The notes under the pieces are model-generated. The model made no database searches. It had not been told where the DNA came from and worked only from the letters and a program-made list of their open reading frames with translations. Below, piece after piece: positions 12,196-25,100 of a stretch of 64,000 nt of DNA. The stretch lies in assembly GCF_023055435.1 (NCBI RefSeq), contig NW_025964334.1, positions 46,686,001 to 46,750,000 on the forward strand. Reading direction: 5' to 3'. Within the stretch, counting starts at the first letter, position 1, and each line of letters begins with the position of its first letter. Made by a program: the position numbers and the translations under genes. Origin of the DNA: Haliotis rufescens. Taxonomy: Eukaryota.

Positions 12196-12983
12196 CCTCA
12201 GACATGCCATGGCTGTCTTGTTCAAAACATCCTTTACGATAATGTAATAAATTATGACATTTTGTAAAATTCATATGACTCCCGACTCCCTAAATATTTT
12301 ATACATTTCAATTTTTAGCATGAGACTTCAGACTGATATTCTCAAGTAAACATATCATTGTGTATATTTTAATACCACATGGCTACACATATAAGTAGTC
12401 AAGTAATGGTCACAGGGAGTTTCAATATGGCGGTGAGGTGAAATTGGGTTTAACGTGGCGTCCAAGATTATTGCACTTATAAAGCAACGTGCATGCACGT
12501 GTGTGTGTGGCTGCTTGACCACAGAGGCACTCTTCAATATGGCAACAAGATTTTGGTTCTACAAGCACATTTTGAGAACATTGGTGGGATTCAGCATTAT
12601 ACCGTAACATATCTTGAGGTTCACACATATGCATTATTCATCATAGATATAAGATGCAGTAAAAGTTTTAAGGTAAAAATAAGAACAAAATAAGGCACAA
12701 ATGACACTTCACACCAAATTGCACGTTCATTCATGCATAAATGGACATGTTATGGTAACCATTCGAAAAGGGATTTTGATAATGGTTACAGTACAAGTAA
12801 TCTAGAATGTGACCTGAATAATTGGCAGCCCCCCGGTCATACCAGTGGTGGGACAGACCATGCAGTGACTCAGCTTCACAAGGATTGATGATTTACACAT
12901 GATGTCCATTATGCAATTTCACTAGATCACAGCAGTCAAAGTTCAAACGTCAAAACAGAGGCACAAGTGTCCACTAAAAGTGC

Positions 12984-13310
12984 AAGAGAGTCAACTGACC
13001 ATAAAAGTCCAGTTTCCACCCTTACTGAACATGGCTGGTAATATGGAGTTACATTTTGGCTGGACTAACGAGTCTATGCATAGTCCAATAAAAATTGCGC
13101 AATGAAATCAAAATCCGGTTTGTAAACTGTGGCTGGGTGCCACCATTTTGTTTGAAGCAAATGCATGTGATACGAGAGGTGGAATCTGACTGGTCCATAG
13201 GAGAGGCTTAGAAGTGACATAGCCACTGGTGGTGCTACGATTGAGCCCAGCAATCCCAGCCTAGTTCGGCAAGGGTGGGAACTGGACTTTTAAAGTCAGT
13301 TAACTCTCTT
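12984..13310. mobile_element. MITE with ~50-bp imperfect TIRs; second copy at ~46210-46497
   Basis: CAAGAGAGTCAACTGAC...AGTCCAGTTTCCACCCTT vs AAGGGTGGGAACTGGACT...GTCAGTTAACTCTCTTG; shared internal GGACTAACGAGTCTATGCATAGTCCA. Confidence 0.75.
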
Positions 13311-13569
13311 GCCTTGGGATGATGTTAAAAATGACCATCTACACAATGTTCTTGGCCAGTCTATCAACCACATCCAAAGTAAAAAAACCAGCTGTTTCTG
13401 CATAACAAGGCAAAAGTTGACCAATACACTGTTGGTATTATGCATACACACGTTTGCTTACTGAGTCTTGTGGTCTCCTGAGAGAAGATCCACTTAATAT
13501 ATCTGCACACACATCATGATGAACACATAAGTAAGTGCTGTTGTTGGCACTGCATAATACACCTGATAC

Positions 13570-13739
13570 AGTGGGACCTCCTTAGTCTGGACAGTCCTCA
13601 GCTGAAGTAGTCTGGATTAACAAATGTTCTGACAAAAGAATCCAGAGTATGCTCCATGTGATGTATATGGAAGCTGCAAGATTGTCTGGAATACCTGGTT
13701 TCCGGACTAATAGGGTTCCAGTCTAAGAAGGTTTCACTG
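13570..13739. mobile_element. Tc1/pogo-type MITE
   Basis: TA|CAGTGGGACCTCCTTAGTCTGGA ... TCCAGTCTAAGAAGGTTTCACTG inverted termini. Confidence 0.6.
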
Positions 13740-13924
13740 CAAGTAGTTGTCATGAAATACGGCTGTATATTGTAACAATTTTACCCAACAAACACATGAC
13801 CATTATGCATGTACACTAAGCTCTGTCTGGAGAATTAGGGGTGAATCATGTTTCTGTCTGACATCAACACATGAGCGTGAAGGTGAGGCTCACTGAGGTG
13901 CGCAGAACAGCATTGGGGTTCAGT

Positions 13925-14080
13925 CAGTCAGTGAGTTTTGGGTTTTACCCTGCATTAAGCAATATTCCAACAATATCACGGCGGGGGACACCAGAAATGG
14001 GCTTCACACATTGTACCAATGTTGGAAATTGAACCTGGGTCCTCAGCGTGACGAGCGAATACTTTAACCACTAACCACCC
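13925..14080 (-). mobile_element. tRNA-Asp-like SINE (same family as 43664-43833)
   Basis: Reverse complement of the GGTACAATGTGTGAAGCCCATTTCTGGTGTCCCCCGCCGTGATATT core. Confidence 0.85.
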
Positions 14081-14219
14081 TGTAGGGGTTCAAACCTTAC
14101 CTACCTGTCTCCACTAGGTCAACTGGGCTACCGGTCTCTGCAGTCAAAGTACATACAATCCTTTACCTGAAAAAACCTGAGAAATCTAACAGCGACTATG
14201 CAAATAAGTACACACCTGA

Positions 14220-14503
14220 GTGAGTGAGTGAGTGAGTGTGTTTAATGCCGCTTTTAAACAGTATTCCAGTTATATCACGGCGTGTCAGCTTAATGTGGGA
14301 GGAAAGCCCGAAGTGATGCAGGTCTCTGACGTTTACCACTTTGATGAAACCCATGAGCACGGTTATGGTGCTGACAAACCTAGAAACATAATCGGGGCGA
14401 ACCGGGATTCGAACCCACAATCATAGGTTTCTGGCGTGCCCAAGGGACGCAACTCTGCACAGAGAATTGTGGCGCCTTAGACGACTGGGCCACCCGTGTC
14501 CCC
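14220..14503 (-). mobile_element. tRNA-Leu-like SINE, full length, 13-bp TSD
   Basis: TSD AGTACACACCTGA on both sides; highly similar to 61257-61544. Confidence 0.9.
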
Positions 14504-15284
14504 AGTACACACCTGAAACTTAAGCTAACTATACATTTGTTTTACTTATTTATAAAAATAAATTCATTGGAGAGGAAAAACACAAATTTTTCATTTAATT
14601 TGCCTTTCTGACAATGATAAAAGATCATTAAAAACACCATGTTTTTAAAAACATATTTCTCATTTTGACCACCATAATAATAAAAATAAACCTGTAAATC
14701 AAGAAACTACAAAACGAGGCCCTACATGGAGCTGGTCTGCCAGGGAATCAGTGCATGCTCTGATGAAGAGAGGCAACAGATGTCGCTCATAAATAAAAAT
14801 CAAATATGATATAGGAACAAAACACTAGCATTGTCACATTTCTCCATACAGTCCTAGCTGCTCCTAACATGCGGCATTTTGTTTTGTAATTCTTTACAGA
14901 TCTTCTAACTCGAAAAATAAGGAGTGTGGCAAAACAATTAATTCCTATTCAAAGCCTACTGAGCCTATAAGTTTCAAAACTGAAATAATTGATGGTCGAA
15001 TTATAGTTTTTTATAGTTTCATACTTTTTAGAAAGACATTTGGAAACCAACTTATGAAATAAGAAAGGCCTGTATATTCCTATGTATAAGGATTGCCTCC
15101 TTGGTCTAGTGGGTAGAGCATCTGCCTTGAGATGGGAAGGTCGGTGGCTTGATGGTGGTTGATATTAGAGTCAGTATACTGTGTCTGACTGGGGTACCCA
15201 TGTTAAACTGCGGCATGGTATCTCAGTGGGCTAGCATGATAAAACCAGCACAAGTCCGGCTAGCATGATAAAACCAGCACAAGT

Positions 15285-15458
15285 NNNNNNNNNNNNNNNN
15301 NNNNNNNNNNNNNNNNNNNNNNNNNNNNNNNNNNNNNNNNNNNNNNNNNNNNNNNNNNNNNNNNNNNNNNNNNNNNNNNNNNNNNNNNNNNNNNNNNNNN
15401 NNNNNNNNNNNNNNNNNNNNNNNNNNNNNNNNNNNNNNNNNNNNNNNNNNNNNNNNNN
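15285..15458. other. Assembly gap (174 N)
   Basis: Run of n. Confidence 1.
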
Positions 15459-16373
15459 TACCTTTTAACATCATTTCCTATGTGGCGGCTGGGGATCAAA
15501 CCCCGGCCCTTCCACTCTACCACTAGACCTCAGAGGAGGTTCCCACATAGGAGTCCCCCCATATATGGAGTCCCCCTGATCAGGAGGCTTTCGTGGACAG
15601 AACACACCAGCAGGGTTTCAGGGTGTAACAGTGTACCAAACAAACAGCTGATGATTTGCAATCATTGTTAGTATTGCATTGCATTACATTGTGCAGCCAG
15701 CACGTCATGGATGCTATAGAAGGTAGTTTGTAAACATTGTACATAGTTGTGGGTTATTAAATGGGCTGAAGTATCATTAGTGTTTTCATTCTTATATTTG
15801 GATATTCCTTATTATCACCCCACATTTGAACTTGGTAATCTAGGAGCTTCATCTGTTTGTCACTTTCACCTTTCAGTGTAGTGGGCATAATGGCCAGCAC
15901 CAAGTTCCAACACTACAGCCACTCAAATGTTCACTTTACAAACTGCCTGCCTGGATCTCCCAGCCAGTGTATGACTAGAGGAAGCTAGGTACCTTACAAA
16001 GAATCTCATTATTTTACAGCCAACGTGAGACTAGATGTACCGGTTTCTGTGGACTTGACATAGTATGTGGAAGCTATTAAAATGCTTCCAGAAATACTTC
16101 CAGATTAGGTAGAAAACCATTCTGACACAGTGTAAATAGCGTGCATCTGTTTAAGTACTTCAGTAAACTTCCACCTGTGTCTGTACATGCTTACATATTA
16201 TGAAAACATCTTGCTCGAGAATATCAAGCTCATAAACATTCTAAAAAAATAAGAAAAAAATGTTTTATAAAATCAAAATTTTCCATACAGTGTAAACATT
16301 CTCATAAAATGTCTGACAATATGCAATCAAACTGTTTGTTAGATAAAATAGTAAATCTAAGTCATTATTAACA

Positions 16374-19300
16374 TCAATTTCCATCCAAGAAATTGAGAGC
16401 AAATCGGAACTTGCTCCCTGTCTTCATGTCCTCCTTGGTGTATGGGTACCAGAATATAAAGTTGACATCCCAAATATTGTTGAAGAGTTGGAATGCCATG
16501 CCGTTGATGTCCTTGATTGGGGTCAGTGGTAGAGGTATTGCTGAGATGGGGTCAGCATCGGTCAACACAGTCACTATGGGAGCATCAGGGGAGACAATTT
16601 CCATGCCCTGGTTGGTGGCGCTACGGTAAAATACACCCTTGTCTATAGCTAGAAGTGGAGAAAATAATTATTAGGAAAAATAGACTTTGAATGTGTGGCA
16701 CGACCCCATTGTAACACTGTGTCCAATCATGTGATTCTGTGACTAAAGATGCTCCCTCTGGTTACCTGTATGTATTGTCTACCACGGCACAGGAGTCTCA
16801 ATGACAATAATTATGTGTATGCCTTTTCACTATAGCTGGGATGATACACCAACTGGGATACGTACCATGATTCCCTTCTCACGATCCGAGACATATCAAG
16901 ATACTTGCATGTTCTCTTATCTGTTGTGTGTAAGCCATCTCTTTCATTGACTGGACAGACAAATACTTGGCACATTGACAATTTACAGTTGGCAGTGTCA
17001 CGTATGGCATGATGGATGAACATATTTACGTTTTCACTACTAATTTCCACTACTATTTCGTGTTTAGTGTGACAATTAGTGAAGCAACCATGTAAGGTAA
17101 GAATAAAAATTCATACTTAGTGTGCGACTGTGAGCGATACTCGTATTGAGAAGTAAAAAATCATGATCTCTCCGACTGTCACTCACCATGCTGTCTCTGA
17201 CTGCCGTTGAGCACGACATTGAGTGGGTCTATGATGTGACCCAGTTTATGCAGCTGCCAGCTGTAGGCCTCTTGTTTCAGCGGCTGGAACGTGAAGAACA
17301 GCGCTTCTGGCAGTCGGGTTGGAGTCTTGTCAAACCACTGAACATCGATGTGCAAACCTAGCATGGGAATGAACCAACTGCCTAATTAGTAAGTCATCCA
17401 TAATGTTTACCGTATTCGACGTAATAAGCGCCCCGCTCTAATAAGCGCCCACGGCGATATTTGCTAATATATTGGCTAGTGAACAATCCCAATTAAATAT
17501 GGGCAATTAAATTCTGGAAAAATATATCTGTCGCATATAAACATTTCAGGCTGTCAGTATAAACAACGAAATTTATCTTTCACCAAAATAATATTCTAAT
17601 AAGAGCCCCCATATTTCTAATTTTGAGAGCGCCCTGGGCACTTATTACGTCGAATATGTTATGTTGAACTGCAATTAATCTTTGCAAGAAATGGTTGTCC
17701 AGGGTTTGCACTTGTGCATCTGTTTTATGCTGGTCACATCCTGTCGAAACTCAAACCTCCATCACTTTTACAATCCTTTTGGTTTTAGTTGACACTAAAA
17801 GTCTACACTGGACAATTAAGCAATGTTCCCTCAGTTCACCAGCCCCCAAACTGGATCAGATGTGTTCATTGTTCTATCTTGGGGTTCATTTCCCTCTCTT
17901 TCTAAGCTACTCAACCCAATACACCTATACAACAGTTCGCTGAAGCTGCATGTACCTTGAGAGTTACACAGTCTCATTTGTCTGCCTTGCGATGACAGTG
18001 AAAGAGCTGTTTCCAACTGTTTCCTTTATATACAGATATTCAATTTGCAGAACTCAAACATTTGGCTGTGTGCTCTGACAGTATATCGGATAAAAGGAAT
18101 AAGTGCCACAGCACTGTAGCTCACCTGGATATGTAGTCATTAGTTAACAGAATAAAACTAAAAAAAAAGGCTGTCAGCATTGATATTAAAATATTTTCTA
18201 CAAATATTATGAGAACTAATAAACCCACGAAAGTCATTTTGAGAGAATACAAGAGCATGGTAATACCAAGTAAAAAACCCATAAATGTTGAGCCCAACTA
18301 CCACATATGGATGAACCAAATTTCATAACATTTTGAACAAAAAATGGCTTGACAATGGCCATGAAGTCATTTCATCTGTCAGTATGGTTAAAGTGTAAAT
18401 CAATTATTTAAAAAAATTTAAATATTGCAAAAAACACTGAAGATGTGCTGAGACCCACCACCTTCTACACACATACCATTCTCATTGAACATCCCCAACA
18501 GGTTGTCTGAAGGGAATCATTGGTGGGGAAAAGCATGTGTAGTTCATTTAGAGATTCATTGGTCAAACGGTTTCCGAGGTAATGGACACACAGGCCATAA
18601 CATAAGCTCACATAACTTTAAGTCAGCTAAGCTGAAAAGGTAGATGCAAGTTAAATAGGGAGAAGCGAATCTCTATATCCTGATGAAGTACTGTCTCTTG
18701 TCCTCTATCTATTACCCAAGCAGGTCTCACCTGGAGGTAGCGCAAAATCCTCTGTCACATAGGACACCCACACTTCTGACGGGGCTCCATAATACTCGAC
18801 AGCCTTCCCGCCAGACATCCGAATATGGGCATGGAAAGAACAAGCACTTCCTAGGGGAAAAAACACAATATCTTGACCCCAGTTCAACTCCAAAGCATTT
18901 GCACCCAGTTTGAACGTTCGATGGGTGCACAGTGTAGAGTTATCCCCCTTTGACAATAATTGCAGAGAGAACTCCACTTTACATATACTGAACATGGTAC
19001 TAAAGATCATCTGGATTTGAAGTCAACAGTTTCAAATGTCAACAAAAACTAACACTGGTACAATTTGTATTCATTTTTTTCAGCATAGATACTGAGGACT
19101 AAAACAATAATGATTTGAACAAAATATGATGTCTCCATAGGGGGAAACATACATTCCAAACTTCACTTCCCTCAGTTTGGCTGTTCGTCAGCATGCCATG
19201 GCAGCCATATTGAAAAATGAATTTGGGCCATTTGGGGTGTGATCATTGGTGAGCACAAGCTTGTGAAGTCTCGATCAGCTCCATTCATCCAGAGGTTACT

Positions 19301-22060
19301 GAGGAGATGATGTTTGTGATATATATGTTAACAACATCTACCGTATGCATTGTGTTTACGACATTCGTATCCTGGAGAGTGACCTCCCCTGAATAAACGT
19401 TTTCACACCACATGACATTCATCATGTTAGTCGCATATGTTACAATGTTTACAGTTACAGGGCTACCGGGTGGCCACACTGAAATTAAATTGTGATGCCT
19501 TGAACTAACTTGAACTCGAAATCTAGAAAGGTTAAGGACGCTGCTGATGCCAGATAATGGACGACTTATGACCTGAAAGGCCATGAGAGCAAACAAGTTA
19601 ACGATTAGTGAGGACATGATCCATTGATGTGACTAAGTGAGTAAGTGCACATACAAGAGTCATTCTTCAAAATGCAAGCAGTGCTCAGACTTTACCATTT
19701 TGTTTACAACATGACACGTGACATCCAGAGAGTCTAGTGCTGCTGAACTGTTTGGTGACACACTTATAATGTGACACACTAATAATGTGACACACTTATA
19801 ATGTGACATACTTATAATGTGACACTAATAATGTGACACAATAATAAAGTGTCACACTAATAATGTGACACACTAATAATGTGACACACTCATAATGTGA
19901 CAAACTAATAATGTGACACACTAATAATTTGATACACTTATAATGTGATACACTAATAATGTGACACACTAAGAATGTGACACAATAATAATGTGACACA
20001 CTAATAATTTGATACACTTATAATGTGATACATTCAAATGTGACACACTTATAATGTGACACACTTATAATGTGACAAACTAATAATGTGACACACTAAT
20101 AATGTGACACACTAATAATTTGATACACTTATAATTTGATACACTAATAATGTGACACACTAAGAATGTGACACAATAATAATGTGACACACTAATAATT
20201 TGATACACTTATAATGTGATACATTCAAATGTGACACAATAATAATGTGACACACTAATAATGTGACACAATAATAAAGTGACCCACTAATAATGTGATA
20301 CACTAATAATGCAAACAGTAGAAGCTTTTGTTAACGTGCGCCATGTACATGTTCAGAAGCTTGCAGAACCAGAAGAAAAACAGTTTGCATCTATAACTTA
20401 ATGAACCAGAAGTGATGAAGTGGCTTAACTGAGCTCTGTAACAGTATGGATTACATATATATGGCAATCTTTAACTGGTCACCAAAATGAAATAATCCAA
20501 TTGTTAACATTGTGGCTACATCAGTACTTGATTCTGATTAGTCAATCAGAGGTTGTCAATCACAATGTACCCCCTTTGATTGAAACAGCTATTTGACAGC
20601 CTCATCACCGTGGAAGGTAATATTAATAGAATAGTACTTTTTTCAGTCATTGTCGGTAGGCATACTTAAATAATTATATCAACAATTATAGGTTACAAAA
20701 GACAATATTTAAAGGATGTGTGGCTATACATTTTGTGCAGAAAATATCTATTTTAAGTTTTGAGGAGAACAGAGAGCTTGGTATTTGGTGCTTTTCTATA
20801 TACAACTGTGATGTCATATCTTTTGCGTCACAATGTGCGATATGACGTTATAACGGTGATGTGTGGTGTACAACGAAAGCTTTGCAACGATTGCTTTGTT
20901 TTCTTTACATGCTTCAGGCGTTCCCACCTCATGTTAGCTTACTAAGTTGCTGTGCTTATATGCTTTCAATGGCTATCATGTGTTCGAGTGAAGTATTACC
21001 ATGTAAACAAACTGCTTGAGTATATAAAAAGCCATAGTTTGTTTAAAGGCTGTTGTCGGTGATTCCGTAATTCAGATCGACAACCCACTCAAAACACTGC
21101 GCGTTCGGTTCCAAATTCAATTTAGCGTGCTTAAATCTACATGTAACCTAGCTCTACATCGAAAATACAGTATGTTAACCTCCATTCTACCATGTCCACT
21201 CAAATCCCATCAACAGAATTTCACAAAAGTTATTTGGGGTAGCACCTACTTTGCCAGTCCCTGTCTTTATGTAGCATATGGAGTTTAGTTCACTTAGAAA
21301 ACTGACAAATGGGAGCGTGATAATAGGTTTGGAGACAAAGTAAGGAAATGTACAACTTTATGGATAAAAACTGCTGGTTTGTTGCATATAGCGACGTTAT
21401 CAAGCTGGAGCTAGAGCACTGAGTTATCGCAATATGCAACAAATCAGAAGTTGTTATCCATAAAGTCGTACATTTTCTTATTTACTCACCAATTTCAAGA
21501 AAGCCAATGAAACAGTTATATAGATAAGGTGATGAAAAACTGTCATTATTCTGCTTTTTCTTGCCAAATATCTAAAAATCATAAAAACAACCATAGAGCA
21601 GTTTTTGGATTATCGCGTCTTATTAGTTTTTTCATATGTTGAACAGTTTGACGAGTCAGCGTTTGATATCGACCAATGCATGATCGCAAAAAGGGAAACA
21701 TCTTGGTATTTTCAGTGTTAATAAAAACATCAATGTCTGTGGGTATAACATGAATAATATGCACCTCCTTCTACACAGAGGTTGTATCAGACAAAACAAT
21801 ACAGATGCACATATACATTTCCAGTCTCAGTATGGGGTCCCATAAGATTTATTACAGATTGGTCCAGGGATGCGGGATGAGGGATGCTTATAGGAGTTGG
21901 CTATAATGGGGTGAGAGCTATGAAGGAGTTAAGGGGGTTTCACCCCTTCTCTTAACAATGTGGAATACAAAAGGGAGTTAGCAGGGCCAGCAATCGGTAA
22001 AGTACATCTCTCACATTATTTTAATCACAAATATTCCCAATTCAATTGACACCCTTCTGA

Positions 22061-22126
<66 letters not shown>

Positions 22127-25100
22127 CTGGTAGCTACCTGCAATCCTGTAGACATCTATCAGCTGGGTCGGCCACACCCGGCTCTCTGCGTCTGAGTTGT
22201 TGGTCATGTTGGGCTTTCCAATGCCCAGCCATGAGACACCGGGCTGGTACGTCGCGAAGAAATTGTCAAAGTCTGTCTGGTTGTATGTCTGATACACCAG
22301 CTGCCCCAGTGGGTTTGTCTTGCTGGCCCAGTTCAACTGTGGATCACATGTAAACATACATGAGGAAACTCAGTCATTTAAGGGTATCAATATCAGCCAA
22401 ATCTGACATACGGGATGAGCTTATTATTTCCAAAGTTCATTATTCACATGGGTAATAACGATGATTGCCACTCATGTCTTTAAAATTGTTTTCACTATAT
22501 CTGACATTTTGCTCCATCAAACTTGTCATCAGGTGATATACAAGTCTTGGGAAAGGAGTTTTTGTTTATGAATATAATGATTTGTAGTAAGTTTAATCTT
22601 CCTACCATACCAGATAATGTGTTCATTAATTAAAACTGAAGTCTTCTTAAATATTGATATTTGAAATCAGGAAGCACCATATTAGAATTGTTGGCCTGCA
22701 CCCCCAGAATCAGCTCTAAGGACTGGGAATGAAAATTCTATCTGTCAGAGAACCAATTTCTAAAATTCTTTCACAGGTAACAGATACATTTTTCTGACAT
22801 AAACAAGATATAAACAAGATATAAAAACAAGATATAAACAATACTTCTAGTTTGTATGACAACACATCCCTGTGTGTATCTAGTAATGGAATGGTTATCA
22901 AGGTACATCATGGCTCCCTATCTCACTACAACAGCACCATACACTCACCTTGGTATATGGGTCAGACAGTGTGCTGAGCGCCCCATCAGCCCTGAACCCA
23001 AACTTGTAGCCGTTCTCACAACTCTGTATAGATGTAGGGTCAGACAGCTTGCTGTAGCCTGCAGAAACAACATCACATACCGGTACTGAACCCAGAACAT
23101 GAAGCCGTTCTCACAACTCTGTATAGATGTAGGGTCAGACAGCTTGCTGTAGCCTGCAGAAACAACATCACATACCGGTACTGAACCCAGAACACGAAGC
23201 CGTTCTCACAAATCTGTATAGATGTAGGGTCAGACAGCTTGCTGTAGCCTGCAGAAACAACATCACATACCGGTACTGAACCCAGAACATGAAGCCGTTC
23301 TCACAACTCTGTATAGATGTAGGGTCAGACAGCTTGCTGTAGCCTGCAGAAACAACATCACATACCGGTACTGAACCCAGAACACGAAGCCGTTCTCACA
23401 AATCTGTATAGATGTAGGGTCAGACAGCTTGATGTAGCCTGCAGAAACAACATCACATACCGGTACTGAACCCAGAACATGAAGCCGTTCTCACAACTCT
23501 GTATAGATGTAGGGTCAGACAGCTTGATGTAGCCTGCAGAAACAACATCACATACCGGTACTGAACCCAGAACATGAAGCCGTTCTCACAACTCTGTATA
23601 GATGTAGGGTCAGACAGCTTGATGTAGCCTGCAGAAACAACATCACATACCGGTACTGAACCCAGAACATGAAGCCGTTCTCACAACTCTGTATAGATGT
23701 AGGGTCAGACAGCTTGCTGTAGTCTGCAGAAACAACATCACATACCGGTACTGAACCCAGAACACGAAGCCGTTCTCACAACTCTGTATAGATGTAGGGT
23801 CAGACAGCTTGCTGTAGCCTGCAGAAACAACATCACATACCGGTACTGAACCCAGAACACGAAGCCGTTCTCACAACTCTGTATAGATGTAGGGTCAGAC
23901 AGCTTGATGTAGCCTGCAGAAACAACATCACATACCGGTACTGAACCCAGAACACGAAGCCGTTCTCACAGCTTTAGTTTAATTGTGGTCACCCACACTA
24001 TGATTTATACAAGCCCATCAGTACACCACGTAAACACAGAGGCCTCCGCAAGTAGCACAGGCTGAGAAGTCAGCTACTGGAAGGTATTGTTCTGAGGGAG
24101 TACGTTGTTGTTGTCTCCCTGCTTACTCTCCCTACTATCATTATACCAACCAGAATGTCACTATACCTGCCAGACTGTCACTATACCTGCAGACTGTCAT
24201 TATACCTGCCAGATTGTCACTATACCTGCCAGACTGTGACAATACCTGCCAGATTGTCACTATACCTGCCAGATTGTCACTATACCTGCCAGATTGTCAC
24301 TATACCTGCAGACTGTCACTATACCTGCCAGACTGTGACAATACCTGCCACATTGTCATTATACCTGCAGACTGTCATTATACCTGCCAGATTGTCACTA
24401 TACCTGCCAGACTGTGACAATACCTGCCAGACTGTCACTATACCTGCCAGATTGTCACTATACCTGCCAGATTGTCACTATACCTGCCAGACTGTGACAA
24501 TACCTGCCAGATTGTCACTATACCTGCAGACTGTCATTATACCTGCCAGATTGTCACTATACCTGCCAGACTGTGACAATACCTGCCAGACTGTCACTAT
24601 ACCTGCCAGACTGTCACTATACCTGCAGACTGTCATTATACCTGCCAGATTGTCACTATACCTGCCAGACTGTGACAATACCTGCCAGATTGTCACTATA
24701 CCTGCCAGATTGTCACTATACCTGCCAGATTGTCACTATACCTGCAGATTGTCATTATACCTGCCAGACAGTCGCTATACCTGCAGCCTGTCATTATACC
24801 TGCCAGATTGTTACTATACCTGCCAGACTGTGACAATACCTGCCAGACTGTCACTATACCTGCCAGATTGTCACTATACCTGCCAGACTGTCACTATACC
24901 TGCCAGATTGTCACTATACCTGCCAGACTGTCACTATACCTGCCAGACTGTCACTATACCTGCCAGACTGTCACTATACCTGCCGGACTGTCACTATACC
25001 TGCCGGACTGTCACTATACCTGCCAGACTGTCACTATACCTGCCAGATTGGGCTTGCTGGCCTTCAACATGTCCCATTCCGACTTCACCTCAGCCATGAG

